The position numbers were made by a program, and so were the translations under genes. The notes below the pieces were generated by a model. That model did no database searches. It had not been told where the DNA came from and saw only the letters and a list, made by a program, of their open reading frames with translations. From contig CDPCPM010000029.1 in assembly GCA_976551045.1 (NCBI GenBank), forward strand, positions 13,888,001-13,952,000: a DNA stretch of 64,000 bases. The letters are read 5' to 3'. Source of the stretch: Glaucostegus cemiculus (lineage: Eukaryota). This document shows, one piece after another, positions 53,158 through 64,000 of the stretch (positions within the stretch are counted from its first letter, which is position 1; each line of letters begins with the position of its first letter).

Positions 53158-54859
53158 GTGAGTTTTAGGTTCTTCTTATTTTTACTCACAGCTTAAAAGT
53201 TCAGAAAACACTTTACATTTCAAATTGCCTAAATTGTTGAAACAGAAAATAGTTGCCTTTATTTAGAGAAATGTGGCAGCTACTTTATGGTAGCACAGCC
53301 TGGCAAACAGTTTGCAGGCGAATGACTAATCTATATTAGTGGCATAAACTGTGGGAGAAGATTGTCATCTAAGATGTAATGCTGAAGTAACAGCTAGGGC
53401 CACAAGACTGACAGATGTAGTTTCAATTCAACGTCTATTCCAAAAAATGGAACCTTTAGCAATGGAGCATTGCTTCACTGTCACACTGGACTTCAAGCAC
53501 AGCTTATGCACACGAAACCTATCGGTTTGAATACTACCATCATCTGAACTAGTTGCAGGAGGAAGCCAAAGGTGAATGTGTGAACACACATTCTTTTTTT
53601 GGTCCTAAATCTAATTTTGGTAGGAAATGGGTGAAAACTCTGAAGAAAATGACAGGGACCTCATGTGACTTGAATCTACCAGTTTCTTTGGACTTACTGA
53701 TGGCATATAATAAGAGTTCTGATTAGAGATTGGGAGAACCCTAACAGAAATACAGTCCTCTGTTATTTCAAGAGGAAGATACTATAGGAAAATTCCATTA
53801 GTGTTAAATTGTGTTCCAATCCCATTAAATCTTACAAGCTCAATGATCTCTCTGGTTCACCAAGTATGAATGGGAGCATAGTCAGCATCCATTCATTTTC
53901 ATGTCGGGAGTTCAAACTTTTTTGAAAGGATAACTGTAGGAACTATTAGTGTTTTGATTTAATTATTGTGAAGCCCATACAATTTCACATACCATATGTA
54001 GCTGTGGCTGGGTATTAAACTCAGTAAAGTTATGTTGAACTCAAACTATACAGTATTTATAACGCTGCCTTAGCATACTCTGTGAACTCATCCATGTATT
54101 CTTCTAATGAAAATCTCTTTCAGTTAAAACATCACTTCATCCTGATTATATGTTACATCTTGGCCGAAGAACTCTAGCATTGCAAAATGTTTAAATGTGC
54201 CACTTCACAACCCTGATCCATGCTCCACCATCATGTTTCAACATGGACCCCCTCTGTACCAGGACCCCTCCCACCAGCAGCTGATCACAATGGCCTCCCA
54301 ATATAGCAACTGAGGCACTGAACTGCCCCAAATGGTAGGGCAATGCTGGTGCAAGCAGAGGATAAGTCTTTGAGTGTATTAAGCATGCAAAGCCTGTCCT
54401 ACTGTGTATGGTACTTTGAATTTTACAATGGACTCTTGCACTTTGTACTTTTACTGCAGCTGCCACAAGCAGAAGAACTTCCAGGTACTTGAATTCTAAA
54501 TCTTGGAATTGTGCTCTATGATACTGATCCACATCTGACAGTTCTCTATGCACCACTTCCAGACATTGGAACATATTTTAAAATTAATGTTAATATTCAA
54601 CCAGCATAATGTGTGGGACCACTTTTATTGACAATAGTGAGGTAATCATCAGGTGAAGAAATATTGTGCTGTGTTTAATTTTTTAATGATTGGAATGGTT
54701 TAAAATTGTTACTGTAACTCAATGAAGGAAGAAACCTTTCATAAACACTCAATTATCTATTTTTAGAAGTGATAAGTAATCTATGCAGCATGACAACTGC
54801 TGCCACAAAAATATAATGAATTACTTCAAGTCCCATTTAAAAGTAAGTTGTGACAAAAC

Positions 54860-55095
54860 CTCAGTGGGAAAGTAGAAGGGGACCAGGTGCAATGGGAATG
54901 TAGATGGAGACCAGTCACAGTTGGAAAAGGAGTCATCAACTAGAATCCAGTAGGAAAAAAGAGAGTGACCAATATCTAGTGGAAAAGGAAAGAGTAGCCA
55001 AACCCCAGTGGGAAAGGAGATGGAGCATGGTCCACTGTGGGAAAGGAGAGGGAAACGCATCTCCAGTGGGAAAAGACACAGGGACAAACCATATG
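54860..55095. repeat. Degenerate tandem array, period 28-30 bp, conserved core cagtgggaaa
   Basis: Cores at 54862, 54890, 54918, 54948, 54977, 55006, 55035, 55064. Confidence 0.8.
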
Positions 55096-56494
55096 TTGGG
55101 GCTGGAGGAAGCTGATGAGAGGCCAGAGAATGGATGGAATTGGTGTGCTGGGTCCTATTAGGACACCATGGCCACTGAAGATGAGTCATGTGGAATTTCT
55201 AACAGCACCCTGACTCTGCTCTTACCACAATCCATTTTCCTATTATTGTGTTAATTGTGCATGCAAAGCAGGCTCTTGGTATCAATGAGAGGGTGTCTCT
55301 GCCAGTCCCATGATTGGCATTTTGATGCAGTAACCAAGGGGAAGCAGTGTAGAGAGCAGAAATCTTCAAAGACCTCCAAGCAATTTCATTCAAGATACTC
55401 TTGGAAAAAAAGCCAACTCTGAAGATATGTCCAAAAAGACGATACACAACAAGCAGCAGCAATTAGGACCCCTTCTTCTATGGCTCTTGTGCTCTTTCCA
55501 CTATTTTGGCATTTAAATGACAGTATTTCAAGGAGTACTTCATTAGCTGTAAAGTGATTTGGAATATTCAGTTGTTATGGAATGCATTCTATAAATAAAA
55601 GCATTTCTTTTTTGTTAATCAAGGAGCAAGCATGGTAGAAAAGTGGGAATTTCCACTGGTGGATCAGGTGGTAGACATTCCCATTCAAGTCCCCTGCTCC
55701 ACTGCTGCTGTACTACCTGATCTTGGCCAATACAGTGAAGGTACAGTGAGCATCTATGGAGTATCAGGTTTCTCCTGAATTCTGAGTTTATTACTATCTC
55801 ATATTTATGGCCTCTATTTGGGTTTATTGTCCAAATAGAAACATTTTCTCTTCATTCCATATCAGAATTTGAAAATCTCCATCAGGTCACTCTTCAATCA
55901 CCTCTTTGCTAGGTTTCAAGAGTCCAAGATTATTCAGTAGCTTCTGATAAGTATAGTCTTTTGATTTTGGTATCCATTCTAGTAAATTGTCTCTCACATT
56001 CTCAATTGCTATTCCTCTCTCATAAATTGGAAACAGAACTGTGCACTGTACTCCAAGTGGGATGCAAGCAAATTTCACAGTGCAGGTTTAACAAGGTCTC
56101 AGCTTTTATCCCTCCAGAAAGGAATTCCAGTGATTAGCTATTCTTATGGCCCAATTAATCTGTGTTAACCTATATGGTGACTGTGTATCAGTTTCCCAGA
56201 TCCACTATAGACCTGTCCCACATTTTCCTATCAATAACTTTCCATATTGAAGTTCAGATGTCAATTACATGCTGCCTTGCTGTTCAGCGATTTGCCTCAA
56301 ATCTGCAGGAAAGCACATAGTAATTTCAGCTGGACGCTGACATCAGCTGTTAAATCTGTGCAGTGAAACAAGGGACTGGGGCTTGATGCTATTGATCAAG
56401 GTTAACCAACCCTTCAAATGTCTTGTATCCCAGTTTGGCTGGAGACAGCAAGATTTTTATTAACCTTCAATGTCTTAGTACCTGTAAGCTAAGG

Positions 56495-56810
56495 ACAGTA
56501 CATTGGTGCTGCAGGTAGTGCCACCAGCAATACAGGTTTAATCCCAACCACTAAAGCTCTCTGTGTGGTGTTTACATACTCTCCCTATGGCAATGTGGGT
56601 TTTGCTTGGGTGCTCTGGTTTCCTCCCATGTCCCAAAGATGCCCTCGTCTTTAAGTTAATTGGCAAGTGTAAATTGCCTCCAATCTTGCTGTTGGTGGAC
56701 ATGTGTGAGAGAATAGGTAACAGGGAAATAAGTGATGGAATGGGATTGCTCTGGGAGTTGGCATAGACTCAATGGTCCAAATGGTCTCCTATATTGTGAG
56801 GAAATATGTA
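56495..56810 (+). mobile_element. Older V-SINE
   Basis: V-domain gggtgctctggtttcctcccatgtcccaaaga; tail gactcaatggtccaaatggtctcc. Confidence 0.7.
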
Positions 56811-58429
56811 AATAATGGACTTCCTCTTCCTTTCTGCAAATGTCATGCAGCAAAAAAAGTGTTTCATTCTGTTAACGTCTTCACAAGAAACTAAATGATC
56901 AATTCTGATTATCTTGATCATGTCATAATATGGCTGATATAAGTAGAAAAGACTAAATCAATAAAGTTCAACTCATTCTCAGTAACCTATGCTGCTCTAC
57001 AGGTCCAGAGAAATATCTCACAGTCTCACAAAAAAACAAGCAATAGTTACCCCTGGTGCTTCATCTTTTAATGGCACCAGTCAATGTTTCCGAACACCAA
57101 GTAAAAACACTTGTGGCTTAGCATATAAAGTGTGGAGCTCTGTATATGAGGACGTATTTTATTTTAACTTTGTACCACTCATTCATTGGAAGCTCCCAAT
57201 GAAAATACAAGTCCCCCATTCTTAAATAAAAATGGAAAATGCTAGAAAACTCAATAGTTAAGCCACATCCGTGGAGAGAGAAACAGACTCAATGATCTAT
57301 CATTAAAAGTCACTCATTCTGAAAGTGTGGGCCTCCCTGAGAAATACTGACCTTTCATATTTCTGTCAGTTTGTAGTAAAGATCCTATCCTTATTTTAGC
57401 TTTCCTTTTATTCATGGGCTTGTAAATACTTCATTAACTATTTCTTTTTATTTAAAGTAGTGACTTTGAGGGGGAAGATATTTAGAGGCCTCTGGCCCTA
57501 CTATATAGTCTTCCACCCACTTATCAGCAGTGACCCCTGCTGAGGCCTTCACAGGCGTAAGTTGACCTTTGAAACAAATAGGCCCCTTTAAATGTCTTGT
57601 CTCCCTCTCTGATGCTGTAAATGTGGTCTTGATTTTGTATTGGCTATTATATGGCTGCTGCTTAATGTCAATTACCTTTAAGGACTTTGAATCAGAGAAA
57701 TGAGTTGGAGTCAGGATCGAGCAGGAGATATTCCAGACCATCTGATACCTTGTCCCAAAGAGGCGAATCCATCGTGGACTCTATGTTAATAAACAAAGTA
57801 AAGTAACAAATGATGACTCTTACCAAGACTGATGCTGGACTAAGTGTTGATAAATGGGATTAGTATGGATGGGTACTTGATGGTTGGCATGTAGGGCCTA
57901 TTTCTGTGCTATATGACTTTATGACTTTGTTTTACTCCTCTTTAGCCCAGGCTTTTATGAAAACAGAATGTTGTGATAATCTAATTTTGCCATGATATGC
58001 CAGCTTTTGGCCAGAGCAGTGAGAACCTGCAGCACACTGGGACCTTTTCTTGATAGTTGCTGGGTTTTGTCTTTGGCTTTGTCCTGATGAATGTGGTGAG
58101 TGCAGCATGAACATGAGGAGTCTCGAGTTGATTCATACCTCTCTCAGCTTTAATCAAAAACAGGCCAAAAAGGATTAGTGATCAGCAAAGTGTATTATTT
58201 TCACAAAACTCTCATTAGAGAAGGAAGAAGATAAGTGCCAGGTTGAAAAGGTTTAAAATCCCTTGCCGGTTGTCATAGTGTAGTACCAGTGTGTATATCA
58301 ATATCACAAAAAATTTGCTTTACCTACTGAGCAGTCACTGTTATTTTAGACATTTTTCTCTTCAAAACAAAACCATTAAAACTACATGTAAAAGATCCCA
58401 TGGCATAATTCCAAAAAAACCCACAGGGG

Positions 58430-59735
58430 GAACATAGAATCATAGAAAACAGGAGCAGGAGTACCGGAGTAGGTTTTTCTGCATTTTCAGCCTGCTCTGT
58501 CATTCAATACGATCATGGCTGATCATCTTTCTCAGTAACACATTCCTGCTCTCTCCCCCCATACCCTTTGATGCCCTACTGACCTCCTTAAAAAAAAATC
58601 GATGGCTTTGGCCTCCTCAACCCTCTGTGGTAGCTAATTCCACAAATTCACCACTCTCTGTATGGGGGGAAAAAGAACTTCTCATCTCAGTCTTAAACCT
58701 CTTGCTCTGTAATCTGAGTCTGTGATCCCTCGTTCTAGACTCCCCAGCCAGAGGAAACATCCTATGACATCCAATCTGTCTAGCCTTGTCAGAATTTTGT
58801 AGGTTTCAATTCGATCTCCTCTCTTTCTTATAAACTACAGAGAATACAAACCCAATCAACCTAACCTCTCCTCATATGGCAGTTCCACCATCCCAGGGAT
58901 TAGTCTGGTGAACCTTGGTTGCACTTCCTCTGTGGCAAGTATATCCTTTCTCAAATAAAGAGACCAAAACTACACAGTACTCTCCAAGTGTGGTCTCGCC
59001 AAAGCCTGTATAATTATAAGACTTCCTTGATTCTGTCCTGATATTATCTGACCATGAAGATAAACAAACCATTCACCTTCTTAACTGCTTGCTGTTCCTG
59101 CACATTTGCTTTCAGTGACTGCTGTACAAGAACAGTAAAGTCTCTTGGTACATCAACACATCCCAATCTAAAACCAATTAAATAATACCCTGCCTTTCTG
59201 TTTTTTGTTCCATCAAAGTGAATAACTTTGCATTTATTGAGATTATACTGCATTTGATGTTTTTAAAGTCACCTTGAAGCCTCTTTGTATCCTCCTCACA
59301 GTTCACAATCTCACCCAGTTTAGAGTTGTTGTTAACTTTGAAATATTACATTCTGTTCCTTAATTTAAATCATTGATACGTGTTATGAATTTGTTGAGGG
59401 CCTAGCACTGACCCCTGTGGTAGCTCACTAGTTACCTCCTGTGTCACTAGAAAAGACTCATTAATTCCAACTCTCTGGTTCCTGGCTTTCAACCAATGTT
59501 CAATTTGTGCAAGTACATTACCTTCATGAAAGGTTAGTGTGTATTTATCAAAAACTTCCTAAAAATCCAATTACAACATAACCACAGGTTTTCCCTTATC
59601 TATTCTAGCAGTTACATCCTCAAAAAATTCCAGTAGGTTTAACACTTACAGAAGTCCATGCTGACTTTGTCTTATCCCACTGATACTTTTAATAAGTCCT
59701 GTTATCTCATCCTTTATAATTACCTTTAGCATTTC
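58430..59735 (-). mobile_element. Old CR1 LINE RT and 3' fragment
   Basis: MQYNLNKCKVIHF..., ATKVHQTNP frame remnants, CR1 tail aggagcaggagta. Confidence 0.85.
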
Positions 59736-60418
59736 CACCCCTGCCCCCCCCCCCCCCAGACTCCTGTTAACTACTTCTTAATGAACATCTCTGAAATAGG
59801 TTATTACATTACAGCCGCAGTGGTGTTTCTGGCATAAATTGACCTCCATTTTTTCTATGCCACAATGGCACCTGCACTGCAGTTAGCTACCTTATCGGCT
59901 GTAAACCACTTTGGGATGATGTTTGATTCTGCCTTTTTGGAAAAAAATGCAAGCTCTCAATGTTACAGATAACCTATGGACAAAATTACTTGTGTCCTTA
60001 TGGCCTCATCCAGTGTTAGCACTGAGTTCCAAGTGACCTGACCCAGTACATGGTCTATTTTCTAAATGCATTTTCTGATGTGGAGCAGAGCTGATCAGGA
60101 GTCTATTAACAAATAGCAAGTATACTAAGTATACTTCTTATCTTCCTTTGCTTTCTTGTTCTAAAGCTCTCACTAATGTGACACGACTCAGAGTAAACAC
60201 ACAAACACAGAGCTGAATCATTCATCCAGTGGATCAAAAGTTACTGAAGTGATAACCTGATCTTCACTTTGTTTCCAGTCAGAGGGTGGCCAGATGGGTG
60301 AAATAAATGCTAATCGCCATGCATTATACCTTCCACTACCTGGTCAATGGTGGTGCCGATCCCTCTCCAGGCCACTGGGTGATGCAATCTTAATCTTGCT
60401 GTGTAGCCTCTGAGCCAA

Positions 60419-60950
60419 CTACATCGAAATTGTATGCAACATCTGGATGGCTGAGGTCAGAGTGGGAGGTGGGACAGGCAACTGGAAACTCAAATTTGCT
60501 TGTACAAACTGAACAAAGGGGTCACCCAATCTGCATTTGGTTTCTTCAATGTAGAGGAGACCACATTGTGAACCATTGATGCAATATACTATATTGTAAC
60601 AAATTTGGGTGAACCATGGCTTCATATTTGTGGTTTAACACTGAATTAAACAATTTCAGGAAACCACCATTTATTTCTGTCTATAGAAGTGCCTGTCTTT
60701 TCTGTTTCAATTGGTTTCCTTTTATTTTCCTCTTATGTCTCTACCTTTAGAATAATTATTACCTGACAACTTTGGTCTACAGCCTATCACAGATATTCCC
60801 TCTGTTCTCTCTCTCTCTATCCCTCCCGCTCTCTTCAATTTAAACAAAACTCTTTGAGTTCTGATAAAAGGTCACTGACATCCACTCTATTTCTCTTCCC
60901 ACACAGGCTGCTTGACCTGCTGAGGGTTTCTAACGTTTTCTGTTTTGAAG
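60419..60950. mobile_element. Old Penelope remnant: GIY-YIG fragment (minus strand, 60419-60625) and terminal module (plus strand, 60760-60950)
   Basis: NIVYCINGSQCGLLYIEETKCRLGDPF; agttCTGATAAaaggtcactgac...ctgcttgacctgctgagggtttctaacgttttctg. Confidence 0.7.
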
Positions 60951-62029
60951 TGAAAGCAGAAGCTTTGCCCTTACTTTTTAAATATCTTTTTTTATCTCCA
61001 GCTTCCTCTGTGAAGTAAAACAGTGAGTGAATGCTCGGTCAGTGAGATGAGTTTTAAGTCTCAGTAAGGAGAAAAGAGATTTGGAGAGATGAGGGGAACT
61101 TACAGCCATTAGGTGTGAATTGCTGATAGCATATTGTACTTAGGAAATTTTATAAATGAATTAAAATTGTTCAATATTCTGTTATTACCATTTAGCTATA
61201 GTGAAGCTTTTAGACAAATATTTTATTCTCAGTACACCCATTTAATGGTTTTATTTTGTATTTTGAGATCGAGGAAGTGGGATCATTAACTGAACAATGT
61301 TGTAGCAAGTTCTGTCGCTTAATCAATTACAAACAGTGGTGGGTGCCCAGACCTCTTGCACAAGAATGTCCGAGCAGACTATAATACTAGGAAGTCTTGG
61401 TGACCAACCTTCAGAGTTTAAAGTGAATACACTGATTAAGTAAATACAACAGGACCTAGAGGGGAAGAAAAGGATCTTGCTGACTTATGCAACCAAGGCA
61501 GTTTTTTACTGTTATTATTTCCTCAAGGAATGTACCGACACAGGATCCATTAAAGCCTGTGAACATTTAAAGCATTACATTTTACGCTATCTCAGAGGGA
61601 CAATAACAATCAAATCTATTGTGTATTAATCAGATTTGTTGTGTTTGGAAACACCACCTGTCATCTCTTTCTTAACTGTTTTTTCTTTCTTTGCCTCTGA
61701 CCCTGGTCTTTAGAGCTCCATTTAGAATGACTTTTGAAGGCTTGGTTCTCAGCAATGGGTCTGTCGTCCTCAGTTGTTGTTGTTGTTATCTTGGTTTGTC
61801 CCTGTCCCACTGTTTGGCTGGAGTTTCTAATCCAGTGTTGTAGGCTCTGCTCTTGCTTTCTCCCTTCACTCTGACCCATTCAGGGTCAGGCATCTAGCAG
61901 TACTTGTAGCAGAGTAAAAAGGGAGAAATGTAGTTCCAATCACAGAGTAGCCTGCACAATCGAGATATAGATATATATAAAAATAATGTATTTGTACAGC
62001 GCTGTCCACAGCATCTGAAGCACTTTTTA

Positions 62030-62660
62030 TTTTAAATGTAGTTACTGTTGTAGTGTAGAAAATATAGCAGCCGATTTGCCCATAACAAGGTCTCAAAAAT
62101 AGCAATGGCCAGAAAGTCTGTATTTGAGTCCAAGACTAGAGGGCACAGTCTTAGAATTAGAGGGTACTGGTTTAAGACAGAAATGAGAAATTTCTTTAGC
62201 TAGAGGGTAGTGAAATTATGGAAGTCTTTGCCACATACAGCTGTGGAGGCCCAATCGTTGGGAGCATTTAAGGAGGCAATAGATAGGTATCTAATTAGTC
62301 AAGGTATCAAGGGATATGGGGACAAGGCTGGAAATTGGGGCTAGATAGGAATAGTTTTAATATAGCTCATGGAGTAGACTCAATGGGCCGAATGGCCTAC
62401 TTCTGCTCATTTGTCTTGTGATCTTGTGATGATTTTGATTGAGGATGCAAGGAATAGCTCTATGGCTTTTTGAAATTGTGCTGCTATATAAATGAACAGG
62501 CAGGATATTGATTTAATATCTCACACAAAACGCACCATTTTTATTACACTCACATTCAATTACACCAGGGTGTCAGCCTAAATTATGTAATCAATTCTCT
62601 GGAATGGGACTTGAACACAAAGCCTTCTGTCTCTGAAGCAAGGATGCCATTAACTGAAGT
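62030..62660 (-). mobile_element. Deu-domain SINE interrupted by a + strand CR1 3' fragment (~62125-62430)
   Basis: gcagccgatttgcccataacaagg...tttaatatctcac...gggtgtcagcct...gggacttgaac; CR1 piece agagggcacagtc...aatgggccgaatggcctacttctgctc. Confidence 0.65.
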
Positions 62661-62899
62661 ATATCCTGAAAAGGATATATCCCACTTTGCAGATAATTTT
62701 GTAAGGCTATACTGCCCTTAAAAATTTTAACCATTTCCTTCTCATTGCCTTCTAAATCTTAGAAAGCATATCAATTATATTTTAATGACATTTCCTGCAT
62801 TGATGAAATGAGCACTTAGCTGTTTGTTCATAGTACTCTTTGATTTGCTCATGCTAAAACAGTCCAAGTCTCCAGCAAAATACAGCCTATCTTCTGTTT

Positions 62900-63105
62900 C
62901 ACAAGATCACAAGATAATGGAGCAGAAGCAGGCCAGTCGGCCCATCGAGTCTGCTCCAAAGGGAAGGGAGGGTGGGGAAAAAGAGGATAAGAGAGAAAAA
63001 AAAAACCCTATTCTAAGTCCAAACCCCTGCCTTATCTCCATATCCCTTGATACCTTGATCAATTAGATATCTATCTATTTCCTTCTTGAATATCCCCAAT
63101 GATAG
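62900..63105 (-). mobile_element. CR1 3' tail fragment
   Basis: cacaagatcacaagataatggagcagaagcaggccagtcggcccatcgagtc is the reverse complement of the tail at 62280-62430. Confidence 0.8.
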
Positions 63106-64000
63106 TGTTTGTGGCTAACACTGCAGTAACCACAGATCATATCACCATTCTGTTACAATGGCTCTTATAGAATTATGCATTTTGCAGCTCTGGTTTTGTA
63201 CATCAGTGCATCAGTGACACTACCATTATTTATTAAAAAGCCTTGTGGCCTCAAGCTCTTCTCATTCTGTCACTAGATTCACTGAACTGGGACACACCCG
63301 TTCCTCCACCAGCCATCAGACCTGATTGAGGTTATTGGAATGGCATGGGAAGTATTTTATTTTCAAAGAACAGCATATGCAGCTGACATGTGCCAAGGAA
63401 AAGCATTATCATTTGTCTTATTTTTGTTGTACATTCTTTGATAATTATGGCTGGACATTTAGAGTTCCACCTCAATAATGGCAGGAGTTGAACAAAATGG
63501 TTATATTCCTTAATTTGAAACCATGGAAAGGATTTGCAGGGTAAAGCAAAATAGACATGAGAGAGGCTTTGTTCCTCACGTATCACTTTTCTCTTTAAAG
63601 CCAAAGGAAATATTTTCCCTCTGTAGAGTTGTTTGGCCTTGAAGTGCCTGTGACATTTTACTGCAGTACTTCTCATTGTTATTTGTGGCTTAGACTGTGA
63701 TTGAAGAAATATTGATTGGCCCTACAAAGAGGCCACAGAGCATTTTTATAATTCAGTAGAGGGCCTTGAAACCCTCCTTGTTCCATGTTCCTCTTTCTGA
63801 AACTGTCCACTGGAATTCCAAGCTTCCTTCAGCAGATGGTGCATAGAAGGCACCAATAATGGTGTGGCAACCTACCTAAAATATGCTAATTTGGGTGACC
63901 ACTCCTAGTTCAACAGATCTTGCATGGTGAATACCAAAGGCCATTCGTCTGGGATTGATGGTCTGCAGATATTTTGGCCAGTTTCCACATTTGGGCCAGT

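Noticed and set aside
52972-53196. 74-aa ORF as a standalone gene
   Set aside because: Only 53088-53157 is exon; the rest is intron read-through, including the polypyrimidine tract.
54860-55095. CRISPR-like repeat/spacer appearance
   Set aside because: The repeat core is only ~10 bp and degenerate, the spacers resemble each other, there are no cas genes and the context is a vertebrate intron.
55112-55140. CTGATGA as another hammerhead core
   Set aside because: No stem II and no correctly placed GAAA; lacks the PLE flanking module.

Overview
Eukaryotic, repeat-rich genomic DNA, very probably from a cartilaginous fish (CR1 LINEs, V-SINEs, Deu-SINEs, Penelope-like and Rex1/Babar elements). The whole window appears to lie inside one large + strand gene, LIMCH1. 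Two short calponin-homology (CH) domain exons (27969-28039, 53088-53157) splice in frame across a ~25 kb intron. The canonical first exon and the later exons were not found. The rest is intron, filled with nested, mostly decayed retroelements; most ORFs in the supplied track are retroelement fragments or noise. Points of most interest: (1) dispersed, often palindromic Penelope-derived modules carrying minimal hammerhead-ribozyme motifs; (2) a candidate in-frame alternative first coding exon at 22444-22587; (3) inverted V-SINEs bracketing the 71-nt exon; (4) two solo LTRs with clean target-site duplications; (5) V-SINEs with one head and two different LINE-derived tails; (6) a non-autonomous Rex1/Babar-like element with a CpG-rich 23-bp array; (7) a 29-bp-period array that conserves a GTGGGAA motif. 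Repeat boundaries are approximate and family names come from motif recognition, not database searches.
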